DNA from: an uncultured bacterium
GTDB lineage: Bacteria > Bacillota > Clostridia > Oscillospirales > Oscillospiraceae
Direction: 5' to 3'
Assembly (NCBI GenBank): GCA_947073515.1
Contig: CAMTMC010000001.1
Location: 37,801 to 101,800, forward strand
Length of the DNA stretch: 64,000 nucleotides
Part shown: one piece after another, positions 1-8,949 of the stretch
Layout: every line of letters begins with the position of its first letter
How positions within the stretch are numbered: position 1 is the stretch's first letter
The notes under the pieces: generated by a model
What the model was told of the DNA's origin: nothing
Databases searched by the model: none
The model's input: only the letters and a program-made list of their open reading frames with translations
Made by a program: the position numbers and the translations under genes

Positions 1-374
1 TAGGGGGAAAAACTACTCCAAATCATTCCAAAATCGATGGAACGCCAATGGGTTTTTGCGAAAATCCCCCAGGTAATTCCGTGGATTAACTCATGAGCGA
101 CGGCTAGGCATGGGATCAGCAGAAAGGCCGCTACACCAAATTCCCAAGAAAGACAATCTAAATCAAAACCATTCACATGATTGTATATCCAAAATATGAG
201 AGCCATAAATGGCAGCATGACAAGAATAAGGACACCGGAACGCTGTGCCCGCTGCGTATCAATTAAGATATCCTTGCATTGATATCCCTTTTGTTCCAGT
301 TCAGATTTGAATTTTTCAAAATTGTCCCTTCGATTTACCTCTTTTTCGGTTAATTTCCTGGTTTCTTGCGCCAT
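1..374 (-). CDS. Membrane zinc metalloprotease-like protein (DUF3267-like), 3'-truncated by the window edge
   Basis: Hand translation from ATG at 374 (RBS AGGAGG): MAQETRKLTEKEVNRRDNFEK...hydrophobic segments...AVAHELIHGITWG. The HExxH motif follows TM helices. The frame is open to the edge; not in the ORF track. Confidence 0.75.
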   Translation of the reverse strand, partial: MAQETRKLTEKEVNRRDNFEKFKSELEQKGYQCKDILIDTQRAQRSGVLILVMLPFMALIFWIYNHVNGFDLDCLSWEFGVAAFLLIPCLAVAHELIHGITWGIFAKTHWRSIDFGMIWSSFSP

Positions 375-543
375 ACCCCGTCCCTCCTGATCCCGGCTTA
401 TTTACCCGTACAATATAGAATGCCGTCCGACAAAAGTCAACTTCTTTTTAACGGGCGCCGGCGTCTTCAGGGCGTTCCCCCGATGCCAAATTCCCGGGTT
501 TCACATAGGATGGAACAGATTACTGTTCAGGAGGACTACATCC

Positions 544-1314
544 ATGGAACTAAAAACCAATCCCGCCGCCCCTGCCGGCCAGGGGGCGAGCCCCGACACC
601 TTCCGCCGGGTGTGGAACCGGGTGATGCCTGACCAGGCCAACAGCCCTGTGGTGGTGGAGGCCCCCGATACGGCGGTCCCCGCCCAGCCCTCTCCGCCTT
701 TGGAACTGGAGCGGGATTGTCCCTCCGGCCGCTCTCCCGTCCCCGGCTGTCCAGCCGAGCCCCCGTCGGAGAATCTGCCGCCTGTTCCCGGCTGTCCGGC
801 CGGGCCCCCATCGGAGAACCTGCCTCCCGTTCCCGGCTGTCCCGCCGGGCCGGGACAGCCCCAGCCCCCCCTCAACGAGAGCTGGCCGGATCTGTGCCTG
901 GGGGATGGGGCCCAGGGGGAGACCGGCGCGCTGGAGAAGCTGATTACCCTGGCCCGGGCCGGGGGAGCGGCGGCCCAGTGGCTGGCCATGCGGATGAACG
1001 GCAGCGGCCGCCGGACCATGTCCGCCATCGCCGCCGACCACCGTCGGGCCCTGCGGCAGCTATCCGCCGCCTATTTCCTCATCACCGGCAGACGGTACCA
1101 GCCCCCCAGGCCCCAGCCCCAGCTCCCGCTGCCCATCCTCATGGCCCTGCGGGCCCGGTTTGTGTGGGAGCAGAGCTGGGAGCGGACCAACAAAAACGCC
1201 GCCGAGCAGGCCGAGGACCCCTGTCTCAAGGCATTGTACCAGGAGCTGGCCCAGGATGGCGCCTACCACGCCGGCTCCATCCGCTCCCTGCTGGAACAGA
1301 TGTGTTCCACTTGA
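544..1314 (+). CDS. Pro-rich N-terminus plus degenerate ferritin-like domain; probable sporulation/coat-type protein
   Basis: RBS AGGAGG. FRRVWNRVMP N-terminal motif, Pro-rich repeats, and a C-terminal four-helix pattern (IAADHRRALRQLSAAYFLITG...LYQELAQDGAYHA). Confidence 0.6.
   Translation: MELKTNPAAPAGQGASPDTFRRVWNRVMPDQANSPVVVEAPDTAVPAQPSPPLELERDCPSGRSPVPGCPAEPPSENLPPVPGCPAGPPSENLPPVPGCPAGPGQPQPPLNESWPDLCLGDGAQGETGALEKLITLARAGGAAAQWLAMRMNGSGRRTMSAIAADHRRALRQLSAAYFLITGRRYQPPRPQPQLPLPILMALRARFVWEQSWERTNKNAAEQAEDPCLKALYQELAQDGAYHAGSIRSLLEQMCST
736..852 (+). repeat. In-frame 45-bp tandem repeat (~2.6 copies) encoding PVPGCPA(E/G)PPSENLP
   Basis: Units start at 736, 781 and 826. Confidence 0.9.
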
Positions 1315-1419
1315 CGGCTGGGCCCAACTGGGATACACTAAAGCCAGCGGCCCGGACGGGGTCCGCCGGAAGATTTTTTACCAAAAGAAACGGGCTGTAA
1401 GCCGGAAAAGAGGCATATT

Positions 1420-2355
1420 ATGATCCAGACCAGGGAATTTTCTTACCCCTCCGCCGATGGCGCCCACGCCGTCTTCGCCCGGGAGTGGACCCCGGAGGGG
1501 GCGCCCCGGGGCGTGGTGCAGATTGTCCACGGCGTGGCGGAGCACACCGGCCGCTACGACCAGCTGGCCCGTTTTTTGGCGGGCCATGGCTATCTGGTGT
1601 GCGGCGAGGATCACCTGGGCCACGGCTACACCGCCGGGGGCAAGTTTGGCTACTTCGGCCCCAAGGGGGGCTGGGACCTGGTGAGCCGGGATGTCCGCCG
1701 CCTCCGGGAGCTGGAGGGGGAGAAGCACCCCCGCCTGCCCTACGTGATGCTGGGCCACTCCATGGGCTCCTTCCTCACCCGCACCTACCTGATCCGCTGG
1801 CCCGGGACGGTGTCCGCCGCCGTCCTCTCGGGCACTGGGCAGGAGCCCGCCGCCGCCGTGGCCTCCGGAAAAGCCCTGGCGGAGGCCCTGTGCAGGCTTA
1901 AGGGCCCAGACCATGTGAGCAAGCTGGTGAACGACCTCTCCCTGGGGGCTTACAACAAGTCCTTCCGGCCCAACCGCACCGCCTCCGACTGGCTCAGCCG
2001 GGACGAGGGCGCGGTGGACGCCTACCTGGCTGACCCGCTGTGTACCTTTCTGCCCACGGTGGGCATGTTCCGGGATATGATGGATGGCCTGCGGCTGATT
2101 GCCGACCCCAAATACCTGGGCCATATGGACAAGAGCACCCCGGTATACTTCCTGTCCGGTGATCGGGACCCGGTGGGGGCCCAGGGGAAGGGGGTCCGGA
2201 AGGTGGCGGGCTTCTTCCGCTCCGCCGGGTGTGAGGACGTGACAGTAAAACTCTATCATGGCGGCCGCCATGAGATGTTCAACGAGATCAACCGCCAGGA
2301 GGTTATGGATGACCTGCTGGCCTGGCTGGAGCGGAAGCTGAGCGCCGCCAAATAG
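1420..2355 (+). CDS. Alpha/beta hydrolase (lysophospholipase/monoacylglycerol lipase-like)
   Basis: HGVAEH, GHSMG nucleophile elbow, GDRD, and HEMFNE catalytic His. Confidence 0.9.
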   Translation: MIQTREFSYPSADGAHAVFAREWTPEGAPRGVVQIVHGVAEHTGRYDQLARFLAGHGYLVCGEDHLGHGYTAGGKFGYFGPKGGWDLVSRDVRRLRELEGEKHPRLPYVMLGHSMGSFLTRTYLIRWPGTVSAAVLSGTGQEPAAAVASGKALAEALCRLKGPDHVSKLVNDLSLGAYNKSFRPNRTASDWLSRDEGAVDAYLADPLCTFLPTVGMFRDMMDGLRLIADPKYLGHMDKSTPVYFLSGDRDPVGAQGKGVRKVAGFFRSAGCEDVTVKLYHGGRHEMFNEINRQEVMDDLLAWLERKLSAAK

Positions 2356-2356
2356 C

Positions 2357-2390
2357 AAAAACCGCCTCCCCGGGCCGGGGAGGCGGTTTG
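2357..2390. terminator. Bidirectional intrinsic terminator
   Basis: AAACCGCCTCCCC / GGGGAGGCGGTTT inverted repeat between convergent genes. Confidence 0.85.
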
Positions 2391-2396
2391 ATGTTC

Positions 2397-3938
2397 CTAC
2401 CACTCCAGCCGCAGGGCCTCCCGGAGCCGGACCCCCTGGGCCTGGAGGGCGGCCAGATAGAGGACCAGGGAGAAGGGCAGCGCCGCCAGGGCGCCCCAGA
2501 GGGGGGAGAGGCCGCTGTCTTTCAGCACCCGGAACAGCAGATTGGCGCACAGGCCGGACAGCAGGGCGGCCAGGCCGGGGGCGGCCAGCCAGCGGAAGGG
2601 CTCCAGCCGCAGTCCCGCGCGCCGGACGGCCCAGCCCAGGCAGAGGAGCAGCTCCAGGGCGTTGGCGGCCAGGGCCCCGGCCACATAGCCGGCCATCCCC
2701 ACCCCGGGCAGGGGGACCAGGGCCAGAGTGAAGATCAGCTGTACCCCGCCCCCCAGAAGGGAGATCACCGCCACCGCCCGCTGGCCGCCGATCCCGTTGA
2801 GGGCGGAGGCCAAAATGGAGCAGTAGCACCCCATGGCGGTGGTGATGGCCAGGGGGATCAGATATTCCCCCACCCCGGCCTGGCCGAACATGGCCCGGCC
2901 CAGATCCGGGCCCAGCACCACCATAACAGCCAGGGCGGGCAGGGAGAGGACAGACACGGCGGACAGGGCCTGGGACAGCAGGCGGCGGACCTCCTGGGGG
3001 CGCTTCAGGGTGTAGGCCCGGGCCAGCCTGGGCACCAGCACCAGGTTGATGGCGCCCAGGAAGACAATGGGCAGGGAGAGCATGGGCAGGGTCATGCCGC
3101 AGACCACCCCGAACTGGGACACGGCGTCAGACCGCTCCATGCCCCCCTCCACCAGCTTTTGGGGGATGAGGGTGGCGTTGGCCGCCCCCAGCAGGTTGCC
3201 CAGCAGGGCGTTGAGCCCCACGGGCAGGGCGATGGCCCATACCCGGCGGCGGCGGACCCTCCCGGCCTCCCCGGGGCCGGACAGGCCGGTCCGGGCGACC
3301 CGCCGGCGGTACAGGACCACCAGGGCGCAGGAGGAGAAGATCTCACAGATCACCATGCCGGATACAATCAGGCCCACCACCCGCTCCGGCCACTGGGGGA
3401 GGAACAGCGCCAGCAGGGACAGCACCGCCCCGGTGCGTACCAGCTGCTCCAGCAGCTCCACGATGGCGGGGGGGCGCACCAGGCCGGCGCCGTAAAAGAC
3501 GTGCTTGTGCATGTTTTCCACCCCGGTGAAGGCCACGCAGGGCACCAGCAGGATCAGTCCCAGCCGGGTCCGGGCGTCCCCCAGCAGGTGGACGGAGATG
3601 GCGTCGGAGGCCAGCGCCACCGCCGCTCCCACGGGCAGGGCCAGCAGGGCGAAAATTCTCAGGCAGGTGGACAGGGCCTGGGCCGCCCCTCTCCGGTCAC
3701 CCAGGGCCAGATACTGGGCGGTGAGGTTGGAGGCTGCCGCCGTCACCCCCACGGCGGTGAGGGACAGCAGCACCGAGTATACCGGCATAATGAGCTGATA
3801 CAGGCCCATCACCTCCGCCCCCGCCAGCCTGGACAGGGCCACCCGGTAGCCGAAGCCCAGCAGCTGGGACAGGGTGGACAGGGCGGTGAGAAACAGGGCC
3901 CCCCGCCCGGCGGACAAGATTTTTTCAGACAAGACCAT
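2397..3938 (-). CDS. SpoVB-like MOP/MATE-family polysaccharide or lipid II flippase
   Basis: Multi-TM protein with RVALSRLAGAEVMGLYQLIMPVY typical of SpoVB. Start is ATG 3938 or TTG 3932 after a GGAGGG RBS. Confidence 0.8.
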   Translation of the reverse strand: MVLSEKILSAGRGALFLTALSTLSQLLGFGYRVALSRLAGAEVMGLYQLIMPVYSVLLSLTAVGVTAAASNLTAQYLALGDRRGAAQALSTCLRIFALLALPVGAAVALASDAISVHLLGDARTRLGLILLVPCVAFTGVENMHKHVFYGAGLVRPPAIVELLEQLVRTGAVLSLLALFLPQWPERVVGLIVSGMVICEIFSSCALVVLYRRRVARTGLSGPGEAGRVRRRRVWAIALPVGLNALLGNLLGAANATLIPQKLVEGGMERSDAVSQFGVVCGMTLPMLSLPIVFLGAINLVLVPRLARAYTLKRPQEVRRLLSQALSAVSVLSLPALAVMVVLGPDLGRAMFGQAGVGEYLIPLAITTAMGCYCSILASALNGIGGQRAVAVISLLGGGVQLIFTLALVPLPGVGMAGYVAGALAANALELLLCLGWAVRRAGLRLEPFRWLAAPGLAALLSGLCANLLFRVLKDSGLSPLWGALAALPFSLVLYLAALQAQGVRLREALRLEW

Positions 3939-4050
3939 CCCTCCCTTCTCACACTCTATGCCCGGGGGAGGGGATTTATCGCCGGAATATTTGGAATTCT
4001 TATGGGCGCTCCCTGGCCGGCGGGGATAGGTGTTCAGGCAGGATCGTAGA

Positions 4051-4086
4051 AAAAGCGGGGCACAACATAAGTTGTGCCCCGCTTTT
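4051..4086. terminator. Intrinsic terminator
   Basis: AAAAGCGGGGCACAAC-ATAA-GTTGTGCCCCGCTTTT perfect stem. Confidence 0.85.
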
Positions 4087-4127
4087 GGAGCAGGTCCCCA
4101 CTTTTGATGCACTCCTTTTTTGATGGG

Positions 4128-4430
4128 TTACACCAAATAGCAAGAATTGTCCTCATCAGAGATTGCGGCTGTCTTATGCTCCAAGCGCTCAAATTGCTCT
4201 TTGATCTTTTCGTTGATTTTGGCATCCATGTCAGGGATTTCTTTTAAATCTTCCTCGCAAATATCAATTTCAGCGATATCATCTTTCTCCCCATACTGCG
4301 GGAAATTGACCAACCAATAGCCTTTTGTTTTCTGTTCCAAACAGATCCAGCCCTGCATACCTTTATGAACGCCTTCCCTCGCATAGGTTTCTTTTTCAAC
4401 AATTACTTCCACACAATCCATCATTTTCAT
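4128..4430 (-). CDS. Small acidic hypothetical protein in AT-rich sequence (possible DUF4926/SH3-like fold)
   Basis: RBS GGAGG, 100 aa, own terminator, AT-rich relative to the flanks. Confidence 0.7.
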   Translation of the reverse strand: MKMMDCVEVIVEKETYAREGVHKGMQGWICLEQKTKGYWLVNFPQYGEKDDIAEIDICEEDLKEIPDMDAKINEKIKEQFERLEHKTAAISDEDNSCYLV

Positions 4431-4528
4431 TTTATTTTCCTCCGTAAGGTGTTGTCAGTCTAAGTATGCCATTTGGCTCTACCATCTAAAGTTGTACGTT
4501 TGCGTACACTCAATCGAAAATATTATAA

Positions 4529-4562
4529 AAAAGACAGACCGCCTCTTGGCGGTCTGTCTTTT
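4529..4562 (-). terminator. tRNA terminator
   Basis: AAAAGACAGACCGCC-TCTT-GGCGGTCTGTCTTTT immediately 3' of the tRNA. Confidence 0.85.
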
Positions 4563-4566
4563 CCTA

Positions 4567-4658
4567 TGGCGGAGAGAGAGGGATTCGAACCCTCGAACGG
4601 GTATTAGCCGTTACACGATTTCCAATCGTGCGCCTTCGACCAACTCAGCCATCTCTCC
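4567..4658 (-). tRNA. tRNA-Ser (anticodon GGA), long variable arm, encoded CCA
   Basis: Reverse complement GGAGAGATGGCTGAGTTGGTCGAAGGCG-CACGA-TT-GGA-AA-TCGTG-...-GGTTCGAATCC-CTCTCTCTCCGCCA. Confidence 0.97.
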
Positions 4659-4693
4659 AGGCTGCTGTGCAAGTCATCGGCACAGCATCATGT

Positions 4694-4721
4694 ATTATAC
4701 CAGCTTTTTCTGGATAGTCAA
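4694..4721 (-). promoter_or_regulatory. SigA promoter of tRNA-Ser
   Basis: TTGACT-N16-TATAAT on the minus strand. Confidence 0.75.
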
Positions 4722-4886
4722 GCCCTTTTTTGGAAAAAGTCGATTTTTCTTCCGGGCAATTTTTCAGGGGCCTCCGTGACGGGGCGGGAGGAGTGTGAAA
4801 TCCCCTGGAGCGGGGGGGGAACTGTAAAGGATGAGTAATTCATTTTGAGGGCGTATTAAGAAATCATATATTAAAAGATTTTGGCC

Positions 4887-4915
4887 TTGACTTTCCCAGT
4901 GGGACTGACTAAGAT
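4887..4915 (+). promoter_or_regulatory. SigA promoter of the antiporter operon
   Basis: TTGACT-N17-TAAGAT. Confidence 0.7.
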
Positions 4916-4972
4916 AGGAAACCAATGGAAAGGGTTTGCCCCTGCTTTTTTGTTCTAAGGAGGTCCTTGGCC

Positions 4973-6415
4973 TTGATAAAAAAATTAGTGCTGTTTGCTG
5001 GGGTGTTGGCCCCGCTGTGCATACCGGTTATGGCGTTAGGGATGGCGGGCCCTGTGGGCCAGACGGCCGCCGGAGTGCCCTTCTGGATGTGCGTCCCTTT
5101 TGCCGGGCTGCTGCTGTCCATCGCTGTGCTGCCCCTTTTTCGCCCCTTTTGGTGGGAGCACCACCGGCCCTGGGTGGTGGCGCTGTGGTCCCTGCTGTTC
5201 CTGATCCCCTTTGGGTGGATGATGGGGGCGGACGCCGCGGTGGAGATCGTGCTGGAGTGCGTGGTCAACGACTACCTCAGCTTTATTGTCCTGCTGTTCG
5301 GCCTGTTCTGCGTCTCCGGCAACATCACGCTGGAGGGGGACCTGGCCGGTTCCCCCCGGGTGAACGTGGTCCTGCTGCTGTTCGGGACCCTGCTGTCCAG
5401 CTGGGTGGGCACCACCGGGGCCAGTATGCTGATGGTCCGGCCTATGATTAAGATGAACGCCTGGCGCCGCCGCCGCCGCCATATCATGGTATTTTTTATT
5501 TTTCTGATCTCCAACATCGGCGGCTGCCTCACCCCCATCGGCGACCCCCCGCTGTTGATGGGCTTCGCCCGGGGCGTCCCCTTTTTCTGGTCCCTGCGGC
5601 TCTTCCCTCTGTTTATGTTCAACACCGCCGTTTTGCTGTTTGTGTTCTACCGGGTGGACATGCGCAATTACCGCCGGGACATCGCCGAGGGCAGAAAGCC
5701 GGACATCAGCAAGCCGGGCACGGAGATCCATATCCGGGGCCTGCACAACCTGGTTTTCCTGGTGATGATCGTGGGCGCCGTCATTTTAAGCGGGACCCTG
5801 CCCACCCTGCCCGCCTTTCAGGATGAGGCGGGCCAGGCGCTGGGCCTGCCTGTCTTCGGCGAGGTAACCCTCACCTATCCCGCCATCATTGAGATGGCCC
5901 TCATCCTTCTGGCGGCCCTGCTCTCCTTCCGGACCACCAACGAGTCTGTCCGCAAGGAGAACCACTTCACCTGGGGTGCCATCCAGGAGGTGGCGGTGCT
6001 GTTCATCGGAATTTTTATCACCATGCAGCCCGCCCTCATGCTGCTGAAGACCTACGGCGCCAGCCTGGGGCTGACCACCCCCTTCCAGATGTTCTGGGCC
6101 ACCGGCGCCCTGTCCAGCTTCCTGGACAACACCCCCACCTATCTGGTCTTCCTCACAACGGCGGCGGCGGAGCACCTGCCAGGCGGGATTCTCACCTCCC
6201 TGGGCCAGGTGCCGGTGCAGATGCTCATGGCCATCTCCTGCGGCGCGGTATTTATGGGCGCCAACACCTACATCGGCAACGCCCCCAATTTTATGGTGAA
6301 GGCGATCTCTGACGAGAACGGCATCCGGATGCCCTCCTTCTTCGGGTATCTGGTGTGGTCCCTGGTCTTCCTGGTGCCGGTGTTCCTGCTGGATTCCCTG
6401 ATCTTTTTCTTGTAA
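4973..6415 (+). CDS. Putative Na+/H+ antiporter (IT superfamily, CitMHS/NhaD-like)
   Basis: TTG start after AAGGAGG. About 12 TMs with SNIGGCLTPIGDPP, SSFLDNTPTY and GANTYIGNAPNF motifs. Confidence 0.8.
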   Translation: MIKKLVLFAGVLAPLCIPVMALGMAGPVGQTAAGVPFWMCVPFAGLLLSIAVLPLFRPFWWEHHRPWVVALWSLLFLIPFGWMMGADAAVEIVLECVVNDYLSFIVLLFGLFCVSGNITLEGDLAGSPRVNVVLLLFGTLLSSWVGTTGASMLMVRPMIKMNAWRRRRRHIMVFFIFLISNIGGCLTPIGDPPLLMGFARGVPFFWSLRLFPLFMFNTAVLLFVFYRVDMRNYRRDIAEGRKPDISKPGTEIHIRGLHNLVFLVMIVGAVILSGTLPTLPAFQDEAGQALGLPVFGEVTLTYPAIIEMALILLAALLSFRTTNESVRKENHFTWGAIQEVAVLFIGIFITMQPALMLLKTYGASLGLTTPFQMFWATGALSSFLDNTPTYLVFLTTAAAEHLPGGILTSLGQVPVQMLMAISCGAVFMGANTYIGNAPNFMVKAISDENGIRMPSFFGYLVWSLVFLVPVFLLDSLIFFL

Positions 6416-6430
6416 AGGAGGCCGACGGCA

Positions 6431-7438
6431 ATGGAAAATCGAAGAAAGCTCAAACAGATCGCCGGCCGGATTTATGACCTGGACACCGAGGTATACCAGT
6501 TCCTGGGCTCCCGGCTGGGCCGGGTGTTCAACGGCAGCCGGGAGTCCACCATCCGGGATCTGACCAACGTGATGACCGCCCTGCCCAAGATCCACTATCT
6601 CCGCAGCGAGCTGGCGCTGATTGGCAACATGGCCCGCACCATCACCGACAAGGAGGAGCGCTCCAAGGTGATGAAGGAGTACAGCGAGATTTTAAAGCTC
6701 ATCGAATCCCTGCCCACCAACTTTATCTCCGTGGATATCCTGGACAAGGACGCCGCCAGCCTGAACAGCTCCCGTATGTCCGGCCGGTTTGGGGAGGGGC
6801 AGCATCTGATTGTGTGCATCGGCCGCACCTACGGCTGCGCGGGCACCGACATCGGCTTTGCCCTGGCCGACGAGCTGAAAATCAACTACTATGACTCCGA
6901 GATCTTCACCGAGGTGCTGGAGCGGCTGGAGGCGGAGCAGGACGATATCCAGGACCGGGCCAGCTTCGCCCACCACCAGAACCTGAACCAGAGCCTGGGG
7001 GTGGACAAGGAGCGCACCTGGAAGCAGCGGATCCGGGAGTTCAGCCGCTACCACGGCCTGCCCAAGGAGGACGCGGTCTTTTTCAACCAGAGCGACCTGA
7101 TCTGCGACATGGCTAAGAAGGAAGATTTTGTGATTATGGGCCGGTGCGCCGATGTGATCCTGAGCAATCACCGCATCCCCCATGTGAGCATCTTCATCAA
7201 CGCCCCCTTTGAGCTGCGGGCCCGCCGGGTGATGGACACAGACGACCTGTCCTACCGGGCGGCCTGCAAGCTGCTGAAAAAGCTGGACCGCCGGCACCGG
7301 GCCTACTACGAGTTCTATACCGGCCGCAAGTGGGGCAACAACGCCAGCTATGACCTGTGCATCAATTCCGCCAGCTACGGGATCGAGGGCTCGGTCCAGC
7401 TCATCGACCGCATCATCAACCAGCACGTCAGCCGCTAG
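6431..7438 (+). CDS. Cytidylate-kinase-like family protein with N-terminal helical extension
   Basis: IGRTYGCAG P-loop-like motif at about residue 130, VIMGRCAD, and YDLCINS. Confidence 0.8.
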   Translation: MENRRKLKQIAGRIYDLDTEVYQFLGSRLGRVFNGSRESTIRDLTNVMTALPKIHYLRSELALIGNMARTITDKEERSKVMKEYSEILKLIESLPTNFISVDILDKDAASLNSSRMSGRFGEGQHLIVCIGRTYGCAGTDIGFALADELKINYYDSEIFTEVLERLEAEQDDIQDRASFAHHQNLNQSLGVDKERTWKQRIREFSRYHGLPKEDAVFFNQSDLICDMAKKEDFVIMGRCADVILSNHRIPHVSIFINAPFELRARRVMDTDDLSYRAACKLLKKLDRRHRAYYEFYTGRKWGNNASYDLCINSASYGIEGSVQLIDRIINQHVSR

Positions 7439-7549
7439 GGAGGCCGAGTCACGAGGGATCGGGGATCTCAATCTTTCCCGCATAGGGACAGCGGCCCGAT
7501 GATATAATGAATCTGGGCCCGGCCCAATTTTTAAAATGAGGTGTTTTTG

Positions 7550-7921
7550 ATGAAATTTTACCGCTGTGAGCACTGCGGCAGCATCGTGACGTTCCTTCAG
7601 AACTCCGGCGTTCCGGTGATGTGCTGCGGCCAGACCGTGACCGAGCTGATCCCCGGCGCCGGCGGCGGCGCCTCGGAGAAGCACATCCCCGTGGTGTCCG
7701 CCCAGGGGAACGAGATTTTGGTGAAGGTGAGCGGCGTAGAGCACCCCATGCTCCCGGAGCACCACATTGTGTTCATCGCAATAGAGACGGCCCAGGGCAG
7801 CCAGATCAAGTACCTCCATCCCGGGGAGAAGCCCCAGGCCCGCTTTGCCTTGACAGAGGGGGACAGCTTTTTGGCGGCCTACGCGTTCTGCAACCTCCAC
7901 GGCCTGTGGAAATCCAAATAA
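7550..7921 (+). CDS. dfx: Desulfoferrodoxin (class I superoxide reductase)
   Basis: CxxCG...CCG centre I; EKH, HPM..EHH and CNLH centre II. Confidence 0.92.
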   Translation: MKFYRCEHCGSIVTFLQNSGVPVMCCGQTVTELIPGAGGGASEKHIPVVSAQGNEILVKVSGVEHPMLPEHHIVFIAIETAQGSQIKYLHPGEKPQARFALTEGDSFLAAYAFCNLHGLWKSK

Positions 7922-7929
7922 GCAGCCAC

Positions 7930-7958
7930 CGGGGGGCGGCCCAAGGGGCCGCCCCCCG
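7930..7958. terminator. Bidirectional terminator
   Basis: GGGGGGCGGCCC-AAG-GGGCCGCCCCCC between convergent genes. Confidence 0.75.
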
Positions 7959-7964
7959 CTCCTT

Positions 7965-8765
7965 TTACTCCTGGGGCTGTTCCAGCTGGTCCAGCCGGTA
8001 CAGCATCTGGACGGTCTCCTCCCGGGTGGCGAAGGACTGGTAGCGCATCTCCCCATCCTCGCCGCCGGCCACCACACCGGCCCGCTGGGCCCAGCGCCTG
8101 GCCTCCTTGGACCAGCCGCTGGGGGGCAGCAGGGCCCGCCGGGCCAGATAGTCCTCCATCATCTGGTCAAAGCGCTTCTGATCCATGCCGCCGTCCGCCG
8201 CCATGGCCCGGGCCACGTCCCGGCGGAAGTCGTCCATGCTCACCCCGTGCTTGGGCCACCACTGGAGCACGTCGCCGTGGCGGCTGGCGATCCCCAGGTC
8301 GTAGCCCTCGGCGTGGCAGATCACCACCCCGGGCTCCAGGGGATCCAGGGAAAACCCCCGGCACAGCAGGGCGGTGAGCTGGACGGCGTTGCGGTAGATG
8401 TGGTCAAAATAGTCCCGGTTGGCCTCCACGTCATAGCCCACCATGGTGCCGCCGGTATAGGTGTGGCCGGCAGGCTCGCAGCACTCCAGGGAGAGGTGGG
8501 TATTGTTGGCGCTCCGGCCCGAGGTCCCGGTCCCGGCGTGCCAGCCCCGCACGGTCCAGGGCAGGGTCTGGATGGCCCGATCCCGGGCCACGAAGGCGTG
8601 GGCGCACTTGTCCACCCCCGGCTGGTCCCACCGGCGGATGAACACCTGGGGATCGGGCTGGGCCACCCCGGTGGAGTGGATCATGACCCCCTTGGGCTCC
8701 AGGGGCCGGCCCGCCTTGTAGCAGTCATTGTTGGTCAGAAATTGCTGTCGCGTGTCAAGTTCCAT
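7965..8765 (-). CDS. N-acetylmuramoyl-L-alanine amidase (Amidase_2) with C-terminal SLH-like segment
   Basis: ATG 8765 after AAGGAGG. MIHST, GWHAG, SLECCE and HGD zinc-amidase motifs; C-terminal WSKEARRWAQRAGVVAG...ATREE. Confidence 0.85.
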   Translation of the reverse strand: MELDTRQQFLTNNDCYKAGRPLEPKGVMIHSTGVAQPDPQVFIRRWDQPGVDKCAHAFVARDRAIQTLPWTVRGWHAGTGTSGRSANNTHLSLECCEPAGHTYTGGTMVGYDVEANRDYFDHIYRNAVQLTALLCRGFSLDPLEPGVVICHAEGYDLGIASRHGDVLQWWPKHGVSMDDFRRDVARAMAADGGMDQKRFDQMMEDYLARRALLPPSGWSKEARRWAQRAGVVAGGEDGEMRYQSFATREETVQMLYRLDQLEQPQE

Positions 8766-8949
8766 GGCAGCCTCCTTTTGAAAGCGGTTCGTCAGGCCCG
8801 AAAGGGCCATACCATCCTATGCGGCCGGCCGTGTTGTGGAGGGCCCGAAAAAACTTTTTAAAAAATTTTTCAACTGGAAGAAGGAATTTCAAAAGATATT
8901 TCGTATTAAAATATACGGCGTAATATTGACTGGAAAGAGGAGGACGGCC

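Noticed and set aside
736-852. Possible CRISPR-like repeat
   Set aside because: In-frame coding tandem repeat with no unique spacers and no cas genes.
4567-4658. Integrated element at tRNA-Ser
   Set aside because: No integrase and no duplicated tRNA 3' end (att site) seen; only one orphan gene is present.
4492-4779. 95-aa ORF
   Set aside because: It is the antisense reading of tRNA-Ser and its flanks.
4800-4860. GAGCGGGGGGGGAAC resembling a c-di-AMP (ydaO) riboswitch
   Set aside because: It lacks the downstream CCCGAACCCGTCAGCTAAC-type core and lies upstream of the predicted promoter.
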